63,978 nt of DNA, filler included, from an uncultured bacterium (GCA_964372275.1; 3 parts of 3 records of this genome joined end to end with filler, not necessarily neighbours in it); one strand, 5' to 3'; positions 9,267 through 19,054 are shown, counted from the whole stretch's first letter. Translations and numbers: made by a program. The notes: a model not told the origin generated them from the letters alone.

Positions 9267-10157
9267 ATGAATACTCGTTCAATCTTCGCCCTCTCCCTCA
9301 CGACCTTGACCCTTGCCGCGCTCGCCCCGGCGGCGCGCGCCAGCGCCGGGTGCTCGACCGACGGCGGCCCCTTCGCGGGGTTCGCCGGCCTCCTCGCCGC
9401 CGATCCCGGCGCGGCGCTGGCCCGGGCGCTGGTCAACGACCGCCGCCGCGTGGTGAGCCAGGCCGACGCGCGCCGCGTCGTCGCCGCCGCGATCGCGGCG
9501 ATCGGGAGGTCCAACGATCCGCGCCGGACCGACGAGGAGAACCGCCGTTTCCTGGCGGCGGCGCGCGAGCTCGGCACCGGCCGCGGCCCGATCTCCACGA
9601 TCCTCGACGGCTACGAGGACAAGGCGAAAAAGGCGGTGACCGACCGGCTGGCGGCGCTCGAAGGAAGCGACGCCGCCTCGTTGAAGACGATCCTCCGCGC
9701 CGCGATCGAACGGACGCTGCACGACAAGGGGATGCGCGACGCGAACGACCGGGTGCAGATCGTCTCGGTCGAGGGTCGGGCCGACGACGGGTACCGGATC
9801 TCCTACCGCCTGGCCGGAACGACCTCCGAGCTGTTCGCGATCCGCGCCGGCGGCGAATGGCTTCTCACCCGGACTCGGCTGAACCGGGCGGGGCTCGACA
9901 CGGCGATGGCGGCGCTGCGCGACTACTACCGGGAGGCGGAGACCGACGTGGAAGGGGCGGAGCTTGCGCGGCTCCTCGACGCGCTCGCCTTCGACGGCAC
10001 CTCGTGGGCCGACGAGCCGGGCGGCGGCGATCCAGAAGGGCTGGTGAACGACTTCCCGATCGTCCTCGAGGCCTCCGATCCGACCGGCTCCGACGTGAGG
10101 CTCTACGTCGGCATCAATCCGGAGAGCGGCGAGACCTACGCCACCTCGTTCAACTGA
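9267..10157 (+). CDS. secreted hypothetical protein
   Basis: Signal peptide ending ARA; GC3-rich coding pattern; no family recognised. Confidence 0.75.
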   Translation: MNTRSIFALSLTTLTLAALAPAARASAGCSTDGGPFAGFAGLLAADPGAALARALVNDRRRVVSQADARRVVAAAIAAIGRSNDPRRTDEENRRFLAAARELGTGRGPISTILDGYEDKAKKAVTDRLAALEGSDAASLKTILRAAIERTLHDKGMRDANDRVQIVSVEGRADDGYRISYRLAGTTSELFAIRAGGEWLLTRTRLNRAGLDTAMAALRDYYREAETDVEGAELARLLDALAFDGTSWADEPGGGDPEGLVNDFPIVLEASDPTGSDVRLYVGINPESGETYATSFN

Positions 10158-10214
10158 GCGACAATCGCAGGGGTGACGGGGCGGTTCCCGAGGGAGCCCG
10201 AACGGCGGAGCGAG

Positions 10215-11405
10215 ATGCGCGCGCCGGCGTGGCGGGTCCTGGCGATGGCGGCGGTGGCCGCGGGCTGTGGCGTCGACTACGCGGCGCCGGAGGAGCACGG
10301 CCTCCCGGCGTTGCCCCTCTCCACCGAATCGCGCTGGATCGTCGACGCCGACGGGCGCCGCTTCAAGCTCGCCGCGGTGAACTGGTACGGCGCCGAGGAG
10401 AAGGACTTCGTCGTCTCGGGTCTGGACCGGGTCTCCCTCGACTCGATCGCCACCGCCATCCGCAAGATGGGGTTCAACGCGGTCCGCCTCCCCTTCTCCA
10501 ACGCCCTGGTGCAGACCGATCCGCCGATCGCCGGCGAACACCTCGCCGCCAACCCCGATCTCGAGGGCCGCACCGCGCTCGAGGTGCTGGACGCGGTGAT
10601 CGAGTCTCTCGCGGAGCAGGGGCTGGTCGTGGTCCTCGACAACCACATGACCGAAGCCGACTGGTGCTGCAGCGAAAGCGACGACAACGGCCTCTGGTAC
10701 ACCGACGCGGTCTCCGAGGAGGCATGGATCGCCGATTGGGTGGCGCTCGCCGAGCGCTACCGCTTCGACCGGGCGGTCGTCGGGGCCGACCTGCGGAACG
10801 AGCCTCGCCGCGCGAACGGCCGGCGGCCGGTGTGGGGCGGAGACGATCCGACGGTCGACTGGCGCGGCGCCGCGACCCGCGCCGGGAACGCCCTGCTCGC
10901 CGCGAACCCCGACTGGCTGATCGTCGTGGAGGGGCTCGACTTCGGCACCGACCTCACCGGCGCGGCGGCCGACCCGATCGTCCTCGACGTGCCGGGGAAG
11001 CTCGTCTACTCGGCCCACGACTACTGGTGGCACCACGGGACCGAGACCGATCCGGAGAGCGTCTTCGCCGCGCTGGAGGCCGACTGGGGGTTTCTCCTGG
11101 AAGAGGGGCAGCCGTACACCGCGCCGGTCTGGGTCGGAGAGTTCGGCACCTGCAACGACGACCCGTCCTGCCTCTACGACGACGGCGGCGCCGGGCAGTG
11201 GTACCAGGCCTTCCGCGAGTACCTCCTCCGCACCGACGCCGACTGGGCCTACTGGGCCCTCAACGGCACGCAGGCCCGCGGCACCGGCCGGACCTTCGGC
11301 GCGGTGGAGACCTACGGCGTTCTCGACGCCGACTGGCGGCGCGAGGCGTCACGCCATCACCTCGGCAGCGTGCAGGCGCTGATCCCCGCGACCCGCGGGC
11401 CTTAG
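10215..11405 (+). CDS. glycoside hydrolase family 5 (endoglucanase-like), lipoprotein
   Basis: VNWYG, GFNAVRLP, NEP acid/base, YSAHDY, VGEFG nucleophile and WAYW; lipobox AGC. Confidence 0.92.
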   Translation: MRAPAWRVLAMAAVAAGCGVDYAAPEEHGLPALPLSTESRWIVDADGRRFKLAAVNWYGAEEKDFVVSGLDRVSLDSIATAIRKMGFNAVRLPFSNALVQTDPPIAGEHLAANPDLEGRTALEVLDAVIESLAEQGLVVVLDNHMTEADWCCSESDDNGLWYTDAVSEEAWIADWVALAERYRFDRAVVGADLRNEPRRANGRRPVWGGDDPTVDWRGAATRAGNALLAANPDWLIVVEGLDFGTDLTGAAADPIVLDVPGKLVYSAHDYWWHHGTETDPESVFAALEADWGFLLEEGQPYTAPVWVGEFGTCNDDPSCLYDDGGAGQWYQAFREYLLRTDADWAYWALNGTQARGTGRTFGAVETYGVLDADWRREASRHHLGSVQALIPATRGP

Positions 11406-12196
11406 TTCGCCCCGCCGACGGCGTAGGGGCCGTAGTAGGTCGCGTTCCTCGAGAGCGGTCCGTTCGGGTCGAGCTTGTCCTCGAGCCACAGGAACGGCAG
11501 CGAGACCTCGTAGGTCCCCTCGGCGTAGGAGCCGACCGTGTACTCCGGGAAGATCACCTTCAGGCCGGCGCCGGTGACGACGTAGCGCGGATCGTCGGCC
11601 AGCATCCCGGCGAGCGTCTCCTTGGTCACCCAGCCGCTCTCGACGCCGGAGGCGCCGCGGGCCTTCAGCTGCGCGTAGACGGTGTCGACGAGCCACGCCT
11701 GCGCGGCCTCCCCCTGGATCAGCTCGCCGAGCGTGATTCGTTTTCCGGTGCGCAGGTCGACGTTGATCCCTTCCCGGACGGCCCAGCCGTGCGCACCGCC
11801 GGTGTAGCCGTAGCCCTGGAGCTCGATGCTGACCACGCGATCGGAGACGTGCTGCACGTGGCCCTTGATCGTGAGACCGTTCGGACGCTCGGGGGACTCG
11901 ACCGGCATGTCGCAGAATCGCTGCGCCTCGTGGGTCACGAACTCTTCGAGCTGGCGGTTGAACGCCTCGGCCCCGTCGAGCGGGATCGCGATCTGCGGAT
12001 AGTCGACCCGCACGCCGCAGCCGGCCCAGTCGATCGTCTCGTAGGTGTAGAGCGCCGGAGGGACGAGGTCGGTCAGGACCTCGACGACGTCGCCGGCGCC
12101 GTCGCGCGTCGGCTCGCAGGTGTCGGTGGCGGCCTGGGCGGTGCCCGCCACGACCAGGATGGCGAACGGAATCGTGTGGCGCGTCTGGGGGCTCAT
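11402..12196 (-). CDS. DUF3298/DUF4163 (RsiV/PdaC-like) secreted protein
   Basis: YPQI, YTGGAHG, NVDLRTGK.ITL and F.EY.VGSYAEG motifs; GGAGG RBS. Confidence 0.85.
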   Translation of the reverse strand: MSPQTRHTIPFAILVVAGTAQAATDTCEPTRDGAGDVVEVLTDLVPPALYTYETIDWAGCGVRVDYPQIAIPLDGAEAFNRQLEEFVTHEAQRFCDMPVESPERPNGLTIKGHVQHVSDRVVSIELQGYGYTGGAHGWAVREGINVDLRTGKRITLGELIQGEAAQAWLVDTVYAQLKARGASGVESGWVTKETLAGMLADDPRYVVTGAGLKVIFPEYTVGSYAEGTYEVSLPFLWLEDKLDPNGPLSRNATYYGPYAVGGAN

Positions 12197-12230
12197 TCGT
12201 CTCCTCCTCCTTCGAATGAGCCGGCGTTCA

Positions 12231-12245
12231 GCATCCTCCGTGCCA
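12231..12245 (-). promoter_or_regulatory. sigma54-type motif TGGCACGGAGGATGC
   Basis: TGGCACG-N5-TGC upstream of ATG 12196. Confidence 0.65.
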
Positions 12246-12423
12246 CGGGGCGATCCGCGCGGCAAGCCCCCGCCCACAATGAATTTTCGTTCATCTCGGC
12301 CGGCGCGCGCCGGTCGCGGGACCGATTCGGGCGCACGCGATCGGTGGATACCGGGGCGCCCGTTGGGGCACCTGCGTCCCGCCCGGAACGGCGGGGGCGA
12401 CGCGCGCGGAAGGCGGTCGCGGG

Positions 12424-13074
12424 TCAGCGGGGGGCGACGATCGGAACGCGAACGCGCTGGCGGCGCTCGTCGGTGATCGTCACCGGCAGCTCGCCGCGGT
12501 CGGGGGTGGCGCGGCCCCCCACGCGCCGTCCGTCGGCCGTGGCGTCGACCTTGCGGTCGCTCTCCGCCGCCGCGCCGAACCAGGCTGCGGCCGACTCGCC
12601 GCCGATCGAAAGGCTCTCGCCGCTGACGACCTCCAGCTCGACGTTGCCAACGGCGGGGCGCTCCTCCCACGCGGAGACGGGCAGACGCCGCAGGACGACC
12701 TCTCCGCCGGCCGGCACCAGCACCGTCTGGAATCCGGCCGACCCGAGGAAGCGCGCCAGCACCGCGCGACCGCCGCCACGCAGCTCGTACAGCTCGGCGG
12801 AGAAGACACCTCCGCGAGACGCGCTCCACGGCTTCTCGATCCAGGTCGGCAGGAGGAACCAACGCGGCGTCGGTCCCGCGTTTCGCAGCGTGACGTCGAA
12901 GAGGTAGGTGACCATCGGGGGCTTGCCCGGCTCGCGCCCGGCGAGCTTCGCCTGCACGCTCTCCATCGGTCTCTCCGGTGTCTTCGCGGCCACGGCCGCC
13001 GGGCGGGCAAGCGCGGCGCACGCCACGGCGACCGCCACGCCGAGCCACCACCGGGCGTTCGGCGGTCGAATCAT
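12424..13074 (-). CDS. secreted hypothetical protein coupled to the Tgl-like gene
   Basis: ATGA overlap with the upstream stop, AAGGAG RBS, signal peptide, beta-rich sequence. Confidence 0.75.
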   Translation of the reverse strand: MIRPPNARWWLGVAVAVACAALARPAAVAAKTPERPMESVQAKLAGREPGKPPMVTYLFDVTLRNAGPTPRWFLLPTWIEKPWSASRGGVFSAELYELRGGGRAVLARFLGSAGFQTVLVPAGGEVVLRRLPVSAWEERPAVGNVELEVVSGESLSIGGESAAAWFGAAAESDRKVDATADGRRVGGRATPDRGELPVTITDERRQRVRVPIVAPR

Positions 13075-14135
13075 CGCTCCTTCTTCTTCAGCCGCTCGAT
13101 CGCCTCGGTGTCGAGCTTCAAGCCCGCGGATCCGACGAAACCGCCCTTCCGCGTCGTCCAGTCGATGGTGTGCTCCGGCGCATCGAGGATGTCCTTCACC
13201 TCGATCTGGTCGGGGAAGCTGCCCGAGCCTTCCTTGTACTCCGCCGGCCACTTCGACTCGTCCTCGCCGTAGTGCTCGCGGAGAACCTCGCGATCGCGGT
13301 CGGTCCGGGGGGCGTTGTAGGCGCGGATCATCTGCTCCATCATCTCGTCCTCGGTGACGTTCGACGCGCCGAGTCCGGTCCATATTTGGACGCCATCGCG
13401 CTCGCCGACGTAGAGCGCGTTCTCCCCTTGCCACGCCCCGCCCGGGTGCTTCAGCAGGTACTTGGGATGATTGTAGAAGTAGTAGTGCTCGCCGACCTTC
13501 GCCGGCCGCCGACCGATCGCTCCGACCTCGTCGTTCTTGGCGGCGTCGGTCGGCACCATGAACCGGCGCACGGTCGAATACCCGGGACCGATCGTCAGCC
13601 GACCGTGTTCCGGATCGCCGTCCTTCGATCCGAACAGTTCGTCGAACCGCTTGTCGCCGACCGCGGCGCGCAGGGCGTCGGTCTGGAGCGCCTGCACCGT
13701 GGTCAGGCATTCGGCGATCGTCAGACCCGCGAGCCACTTCTTGATCGCCTCCGACGCGCTGACGCCCGGCTTGAGACGCCAGGTCATGAACCCCTGGCGT
13801 TCGAAATAGGTCTCGTCGGTCAGACCGCGCCAGTAGTCGTCCTTCCAGAGGTCCGGATTGTTGCGCTTGTAGTTGTGCGCGTAGTGGATCCCGTCGGACG
13901 GGCCGTGCCAACGATTCGCCTCGTCCATCCCCGCGACGATGTGCTTTCCGAGCGACGTCTCGTCGTTGGCGATCTGGGGCCCGCCGACGAGGGCGGCCGC
14001 CTCCCCGACCACCGTCGCGACCGACTCGACGGAGCTTTCGGTCGCGGGACAGGGATCGGTGGTCGGCTGTGCGAACGCCGACGCGGAAGCGAACAGGAGC
14101 GGGATCGACAGGGGGAGCGCGAGGAGGCGAGCCAT
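13071..14135 (-). CDS. secreted Tgl-like protein-glutamine gamma-glutamyltransferase homologue
   Basis: LKPGVSASEAI, ECLT, GDKRFDELF, GEHYYFYN and WQGENA parallel Bacillus Tgl motifs; signal peptide ending AFA. Confidence 0.7.
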   Translation of the reverse strand: MARLLALPLSIPLLFASASAFAQPTTDPCPATESSVESVATVVGEAAALVGGPQIANDETSLGKHIVAGMDEANRWHGPSDGIHYAHNYKRNNPDLWKDDYWRGLTDETYFERQGFMTWRLKPGVSASEAIKKWLAGLTIAECLTTVQALQTDALRAAVGDKRFDELFGSKDGDPEHGRLTIGPGYSTVRRFMVPTDAAKNDEVGAIGRRPAKVGEHYYFYNHPKYLLKHPGGAWQGENALYVGERDGVQIWTGLGASNVTEDEMMEQMIRAYNAPRTDRDREVLREHYGEDESKWPAEYKEGSGSFPDQIEVKDILDAPEHTIDWTTRKGGFVGSAGLKLDTEAIERLKKKER

Positions 14136-14160
14136 GGTGGATTCCTGCCGACCCTTCAAA

Positions 14161-14175
14161 GCAATCGGCGCACCA
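14161..14175 (-). promoter_or_regulatory. sigma54-type motif TGGTGCGCCGATTGC
   Basis: GG-N10-GC with TTGC upstream of ATG 14135. Confidence 0.55.
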
Positions 14176-14438
14176 CGTCGGGGTCGCCCGCCGGATGGAG
14201 GTAACGCCCGGATATGGCTCGGAGTCCGCCCGACTCGAGGGGCCCTCGCGACCGCGACTCGAAGGCCACGGGCGCATCGACGTCCCACGACGACGCGACA
14301 TGCCCGGGGTACCGTCGCCCCGCGCCGGCGATGCCGAGGGACCTCGCCGTCCCCCACCTTGACGGATCGGGACCCTTGCTTAGGTTGGGGCCAGACGACG
14401 CCCCCGACCCACGATCCACCGGGGGAAAAGGAGAAACG

Positions 14439-14906
14439 ATGAGAACGCTTTGTGGAACGCCGCTCGCGCGCCGGCCGAATACGGTGATCCGCGCCCCGTC
14501 GACGTGGAGCCTGTTGTTCGACGACGTCGACGGGCTCTTCGACCGGGCGTTCGCCGACCTTTCCTTCCGGCCCTTCCCGGTCGGCCCCTCCGCCGACGTC
14601 GCCGAGACCGAGGAGTCGTACCGCATCCGTGTCGACCTCCCCGGCACGAGCCCGAAGGAGATCGCCGTGTCGATCGAAGCGAACGTCCTGACGATCCGCG
14701 CCGAGCGGAAGGTGGCCGAGGCGGCCAAAGGCGAGACGTTCCTGCGCAGCGAACGCGGCCACGGCGTCTACGCCCGCGCCTTCACCCTCCCCCACGGCGT
14801 CGACGCCTCCAAGGTCGGCGCCCGCTACGAGCACGGCGTCCTGACCGTCACCGTCCCGAAGACCGAGGCGGCCAAGCCGCGGTCGATCCAGGTCGACGTC
14901 GCGTAA
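14439..14906 (+). CDS. Hsp20/alpha-crystallin small heat shock protein
   Basis: DLPG, SER..G..RAFTLP, A.YEHGVLTVTVPK and C-terminal IQV; AAGGAG RBS. Confidence 0.95.
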   Translation: MRTLCGTPLARRPNTVIRAPSTWSLLFDDVDGLFDRAFADLSFRPFPVGPSADVAETEESYRIRVDLPGTSPKEIAVSIEANVLTIRAERKVAEAAKGETFLRSERGHGVYARAFTLPHGVDASKVGARYEHGVLTVTVPKTEAAKPRSIQVDVA

Positions 14907-14981
14907 CGGCCGCGGGCGCTCCGTTCCGGGCGGGTCGGCTCCGCGTTCCGGCGCGGACGTGCGACAATCTCGAGACCGGCG

Positions 14982-15506
14982 ATGGCCCCCCTTCGGTCGA
15001 TCGCAATCGCGCTCGCGGTGCTCGCCACCGGCGCCGCGCCGCTCGACGAGCTCGTTCCGGGCCGTAGCACGCAGGAGCGCGCGCGTGCGCTCCTGGGAAA
15101 CCCGACCACCGAGTATCGCGATTGGATCGAGCCCGGAACGGCCGACGTCTTCGCCGAGCGCCCGAGCGTCGAGGAGGCGATGGCGTTACGTGCGGCGAAG
15201 GCGCCGCCGCGCGAAGAGGTGTGGGTGCTCGAGTACGCCATGCCCGGTCGCGGGCGGGCCGTGCTCGCTTTCCACGGCAAGGTCCTTCGCTACGCCTTGC
15301 TCCCACCGGGCGAGAGCGCGCGCGTGTGGAGCGACCTGCGCGCGCGCCTGGGAGCCCCTTCCCGATCACGGGTCGAGCGTCCGATCACCGGCGACGTGCG
15401 GACGGCGCTCGAGGTTCACGAGTACGCCGCGCAAGGGATCGGCTACGCCGTCGGGCCCGACGGAGCCGTGCGCTGGCGGATCCTCCTTCCGCGGAGCGGC
15501 CGCTGA
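14982..15506 (+). CDS. secreted hypothetical protein
   Basis: Signal-like N-terminus; TGATG coupling to the next gene. Confidence 0.65.
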   Translation: MAPLRSIAIALAVLATGAAPLDELVPGRSTQERARALLGNPTTEYRDWIEPGTADVFAERPSVEEAMALRAAKAPPREEVWVLEYAMPGRGRAVLAFHGKVLRYALLPPGESARVWSDLRARLGAPSRSRVERPITGDVRTALEVHEYAAQGIGYAVGPDGAVRWRILLPRSGR

Positions 15507-16435
15507 TGCGTGGCCGTCGGCGCGCGGCCCTGGTGGCCGCGGTTCTCGCGGCGACCGCCGCGTCCGACGCGCGCTCGCATCCGGACCCCGCCGACTGTCC
15601 GCCGGACCCGACGCAGCCCGCGGTGGAGACGATCCGCGAGGCGATCCAGGGCGTACGGCGCGGCCCGCCCTCCTACCGGATCAAGGTCGGTTCGATCGAT
15701 CCGTGGAAGCGGCCGCCGGCGCAGCCGGCGCCGATCGACGAACAGGCGGTCCGCGAGCTGGTCGACGCCGTTCCCGCGTGCCTGCTCAACGCGCACGGAC
15801 CGGAGACGACGATCTGGGTCACCCCCGACCCGACGGACGACGATGCGCACTACGCCGAATCCAGCAATGCCATCCAGATCGGTGGCGGAACGCTGAAGGG
15901 GACGCGTCACTGGCACTCGCTCTTCGCGGAGAAGTTGTGCACGTCGGTGCCCGAACTCGAGGAGTACGGTTTTTCGGTGAAGGGACAGGTCCTCCACGAA
16001 GCCGCCCACTCCTGGCACATGGGCGGAAAGGGGAACGAGTACTTCGACAAGGTGGAGCGGTTCCTCGAAATCCGCTACCGCGACCGTGACCGGGCGTACG
16101 AAGCGGATCCACGCCTCGCTCCGATCCGGACCGAGGCTTACGGCATCCTCGGCCGTCCTCCCGAGGAGGGCGATCACGCGAAACTCTGCGCGCTCGCGCG
16201 GAAGGAGTGGGCGATCCACCGCGAGTACGGATTCCCGTCGCGGTTCCCCACCGACATGCACTCCCGCAAGCTGTTCGGCAACGAATACTTCGCCATCGCG
16301 ATCGAGACCTGGGCCTACCAGCCGAAGGCCTTCTGCGAAGGCTTCTCGCGCGAGGAGCAGGCGTGGATCGAGCGCGAGCTGGGGGACTGTCTGGCGCAGA
16401 TTCCCGGAGCGAGTCCGCCCGCCTGCCGCCGTTGA
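15506..16435 (+). CDS. secreted zincin-like metalloprotease (HExxH)
   Basis: VLHEAAHSWH plus downstream NEYFA (third-ligand pattern); signal peptide. Confidence 0.65.
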   Translation: MRGRRRAALVAAVLAATAASDARSHPDPADCPPDPTQPAVETIREAIQGVRRGPPSYRIKVGSIDPWKRPPAQPAPIDEQAVRELVDAVPACLLNAHGPETTIWVTPDPTDDDAHYAESSNAIQIGGGTLKGTRHWHSLFAEKLCTSVPELEEYGFSVKGQVLHEAAHSWHMGGKGNEYFDKVERFLEIRYRDRDRAYEADPRLAPIRTEAYGILGRPPEEGDHAKLCALARKEWAIHREYGFPSRFPTDMHSRKLFGNEYFAIAIETWAYQPKAFCEGFSREEQAWIERELGDCLAQIPGASPPACRR

Positions 16436-16449
16436 CGCCGACGCCCGCG

Positions 16450-17325
16450 TCAGCGACGCGTCCCGACGCCGGCGCCCGGCGCCTGCGGCGCGGGGTAGAG
16501 CGACACGGCACGGGACTCGGCCGCCCGGGAAACGTTCGATCCGGCCGCCTCGACGGTCCGCGTGCGCGTCGCGTCGTAGGCGATCGCCCCCCCGAGAATC
16601 ACCATGCCGACCGCCGTCAGGCCGGCGAGCATCAGGAGCGGCGGGAGGGCGGCGCCGGAGAGGAGCGCGCCCACGCCGATGGAGCCGATGAGCGACACCG
16701 TCGTCGCCCCCAGAGAAATTCCGGTCGCCGCGAACACGGTTCCCATCGCGGCCGAAATCACCCGCTCACGAACGGACCGATAGCGCACCTGCGACACGCG
16801 TCCTTCGAGATCGTGCACGTTCCAGACCCCGGTCTTCCGCCCATGGCGATCGACCTCTCCGAAGGAGATGGAGAGATCGGCCTCGGTGACGCGCCACAAT
16901 CCGGCCGGCGCTCCGTCGTGGAACGAACCCTCCAGGAGCGTCGAGCCGCCCGTTCCGTACCGCCGAAGCGTGCCGACGGGGCGTCCGTCGCGGAACGTGG
17001 CCACCACCGTGCGATGCCCCTCGGGCGCGTACTCCGTCCAGACGGACGTGGCCTTGCCATTCTTGAAATGGCCGGTCCGGTACGTCCGGCCGTCCGCGAA
17101 TGTCGACTCGTAGGGACCGTCGGCCACGTCGACGTCGCCCCGCTTCTCCACGCACCAACGCGCGCGCAGGGGGGCGTCCGCGGGCGCGTCGTGAAAGAGG
17201 GCCGTGCGCTCCTCGCGCTGCGGCGGGCAGAACTCCGCGCGCGCCAGCGTCGGCGTGACGAACGTGACGACCGCGATCGCGACCGTGCGTCCGGAACCGA
17301 TTCGTCGGCGACCCTTGCGTCCCAT
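16450..17325 (-). CDS. MORN-variant repeat (YwqK-like) protein with C-terminal hydrophobic helices
   Basis: Repeats such as G.F.NGK..G.W; signal peptide; Gly-rich TM tail. Confidence 0.7.
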   Translation of the reverse strand: MGRKGRRRIGSGRTVAIAVVTFVTPTLARAEFCPPQREERTALFHDAPADAPLRARWCVEKRGDVDVADGPYESTFADGRTYRTGHFKNGKATSVWTEYAPEGHRTVVATFRDGRPVGTLRRYGTGGSTLLEGSFHDGAPAGLWRVTEADLSISFGEVDRHGRKTGVWNVHDLEGRVSQVRYRSVRERVISAAMGTVFAATGISLGATTVSLIGSIGVGALLSGAALPPLLMLAGLTAVGMVILGGAIAYDATRTRTVEAAGSNVSRAAESRAVSLYPAPQAPGAGVGTRR

Positions 17326-17357
17326 GTGCGTCCCCTCCCCTTCGCCCTCTGGAAACA

Positions 17358-17372
17358 GCAGCCGCCGTGCCA
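17358..17372 (-). promoter_or_regulatory. sigma54-type motif TGGCACGGCGGCTGC
   Basis: TGGCACG-N5-TGC upstream of ATG 17325. Confidence 0.65.
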
Positions 17373-17480
17373 TCGCGAGAGATTCGCAAGCGTCCGCGAT
17401 CGAACGGTTTTCGGGGTCCGGGTTAGTGCCGGACTCATGGGGGCGGCCCAATCCATCGGGGACGCGACCGCCCCGAGCGA

Positions 17481-18956
17481 TCAGTGCGAGCGGAGGAAGG
17501 CGAGCAGCGCCGACTTTTCGTCGTCCGGAAGATCGCAGCCGTACTCGTGGCCACCATCGCCGAAGGCCGGTTCCGACGGCCCGCCGCGCGGACCGTCTGC
17601 GCACAGGAGGTCCTCCAGCGACGGAACCGAGCCGTTGTGGAGGAACCGCTCCATCGCCCACAGGCCGACCAGCCGTGGGGACTTGACGCCGTTCGACATC
17701 GGTTGGCCGTCGAGGTAGGCGCCGCAGCAGATCTGGCCGTCGAGGTCGGGGTCCATCCACTTCGCCAGGGCGTCGTCGGTTCCGACCTCGTCGAACGAAT
17801 AGGTTCGTTTTCCGCTTCCGCGCGGGCCGGCGTGGCAGTCGAGGCACCCCGCCGCGGAGAACGTCTCGCGTCCCTTCGCGACGAGCGCCTCCCCCGAAGA
17901 CGGGGCGGGTGGCGGCGCCAGCGAGTGGACGTACTCCACCAGCGGCTCGAGCCGGGAGTCGGGCCAGCCCTCCACGTCGCCGCCGCTCCATGCGACGAAG
18001 GAGCGTGCGAAGTCGAGCATCGAGTTGGCGGTCCCGGACCAGCCGAGCATCGCCGTCTCCATCCCGGTCGCCGCGACCTCCTCGGGATCGGGGATCCCCC
18101 ACAGCGTCGGAATCTTGGTGACGGTGTGGACGCCGTCGTTGAGGAAGAGCGGCTCGATCGTGAAGTCCATCGTCCCGGTCTTCCACTGCGCGTAGTGGCG
18201 CTCGGTTTCGAGCGGGAACTCGGGCTCGCCGGCACCGGCGCCGAGCATCGGCAGCAGCGCCCCCACCAGCTGCCATTTGAGCGACGGCTCGGCGTCGAAG
18301 CGATCGAGCAGCGGCTGGATCGCCGCCACCGCCGACGGATCGTGGTTCTCGGCGCCACCCATCGTCGCGATCCCGGGGAGGATCACGAAGGAGAGCATCT
18401 GCCGGCCGTAGTCGAATGCGTGGTTCGCGGCGCCGACACCGTAGCGGCCGTCCGGCATCCGTTCGAAGTGGCAGCTGGCGCACGTGTAGGCGTAGCTCGC
18501 CACCTGCCCGTTGATGGGCGCCGTCGGCGTGAATCCGAGCGGCAGCCCCGCCTCCGAGGTCGGATCGGGGACCATCCCCATCTCCGAGAATCCGGCGCCG
18601 ACCTCCTCCGGGAAGTTGGCGATCAGGAAGTCGACCAGGGGCGCCGGCACCCCCAACGTCGAGTAGCTCTCGTAGAAGAACATCGACTTGCCGCAGAGAA
18701 GCTTCTTCTTTCGATTGCCGGGATCGGCCGCCCACGCCGCGCAGGCGCCGGGCAGGGAGCCGTTCTCGAGCACCGCCATCAGGTCGGTCGAGGTGTTGGT
18801 CAGCCCTTCGCTGCGGTCCTCCATCGGGGCAAACGGGTCGGCCGTCCGCTCTTCCGGCGGCGCGTCACCGAGGCCGGTCTGGACGCCGAGGGCGCAGCCG
18901 GTGAGGAGGGGGAGGAGGGTTGCGACGAATCGACGCCGAAGGCGAAGGATGCGCAT
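17481..18956 (-). CDS. di-heme c-type cytochrome lipoprotein (RoxA/CCP-like superfamily)
   Basis: CASCH and CLDCH heme motifs; P.L.GLWA...FLHNGSVPSL; lipobox LTGC. Confidence 0.8.
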   Translation of the reverse strand: MRILRLRRRFVATLLPLLTGCALGVQTGLGDAPPEERTADPFAPMEDRSEGLTNTSTDLMAVLENGSLPGACAAWAADPGNRKKKLLCGKSMFFYESYSTLGVPAPLVDFLIANFPEEVGAGFSEMGMVPDPTSEAGLPLGFTPTAPINGQVASYAYTCASCHFERMPDGRYGVGAANHAFDYGRQMLSFVILPGIATMGGAENHDPSAVAAIQPLLDRFDAEPSLKWQLVGALLPMLGAGAGEPEFPLETERHYAQWKTGTMDFTIEPLFLNDGVHTVTKIPTLWGIPDPEEVAATGMETAMLGWSGTANSMLDFARSFVAWSGGDVEGWPDSRLEPLVEYVHSLAPPPAPSSGEALVAKGRETFSAAGCLDCHAGPRGSGKRTYSFDEVGTDDALAKWMDPDLDGQICCGAYLDGQPMSNGVKSPRLVGLWAMERFLHNGSVPSLEDLLCADGPRGGPSEPAFGDGGHEYGCDLPDDEKSALLAFLRSH

Positions 18957-19054
18957 GGCGCGCGATCGCTACCGCATCGAGGCCGTGCGCCGTGAGCAAT
19001 TCCGTCGGCCGATCGAGCCGTCAATCAGCGTCGGCCGCCCGCCGTGAGACGAGT

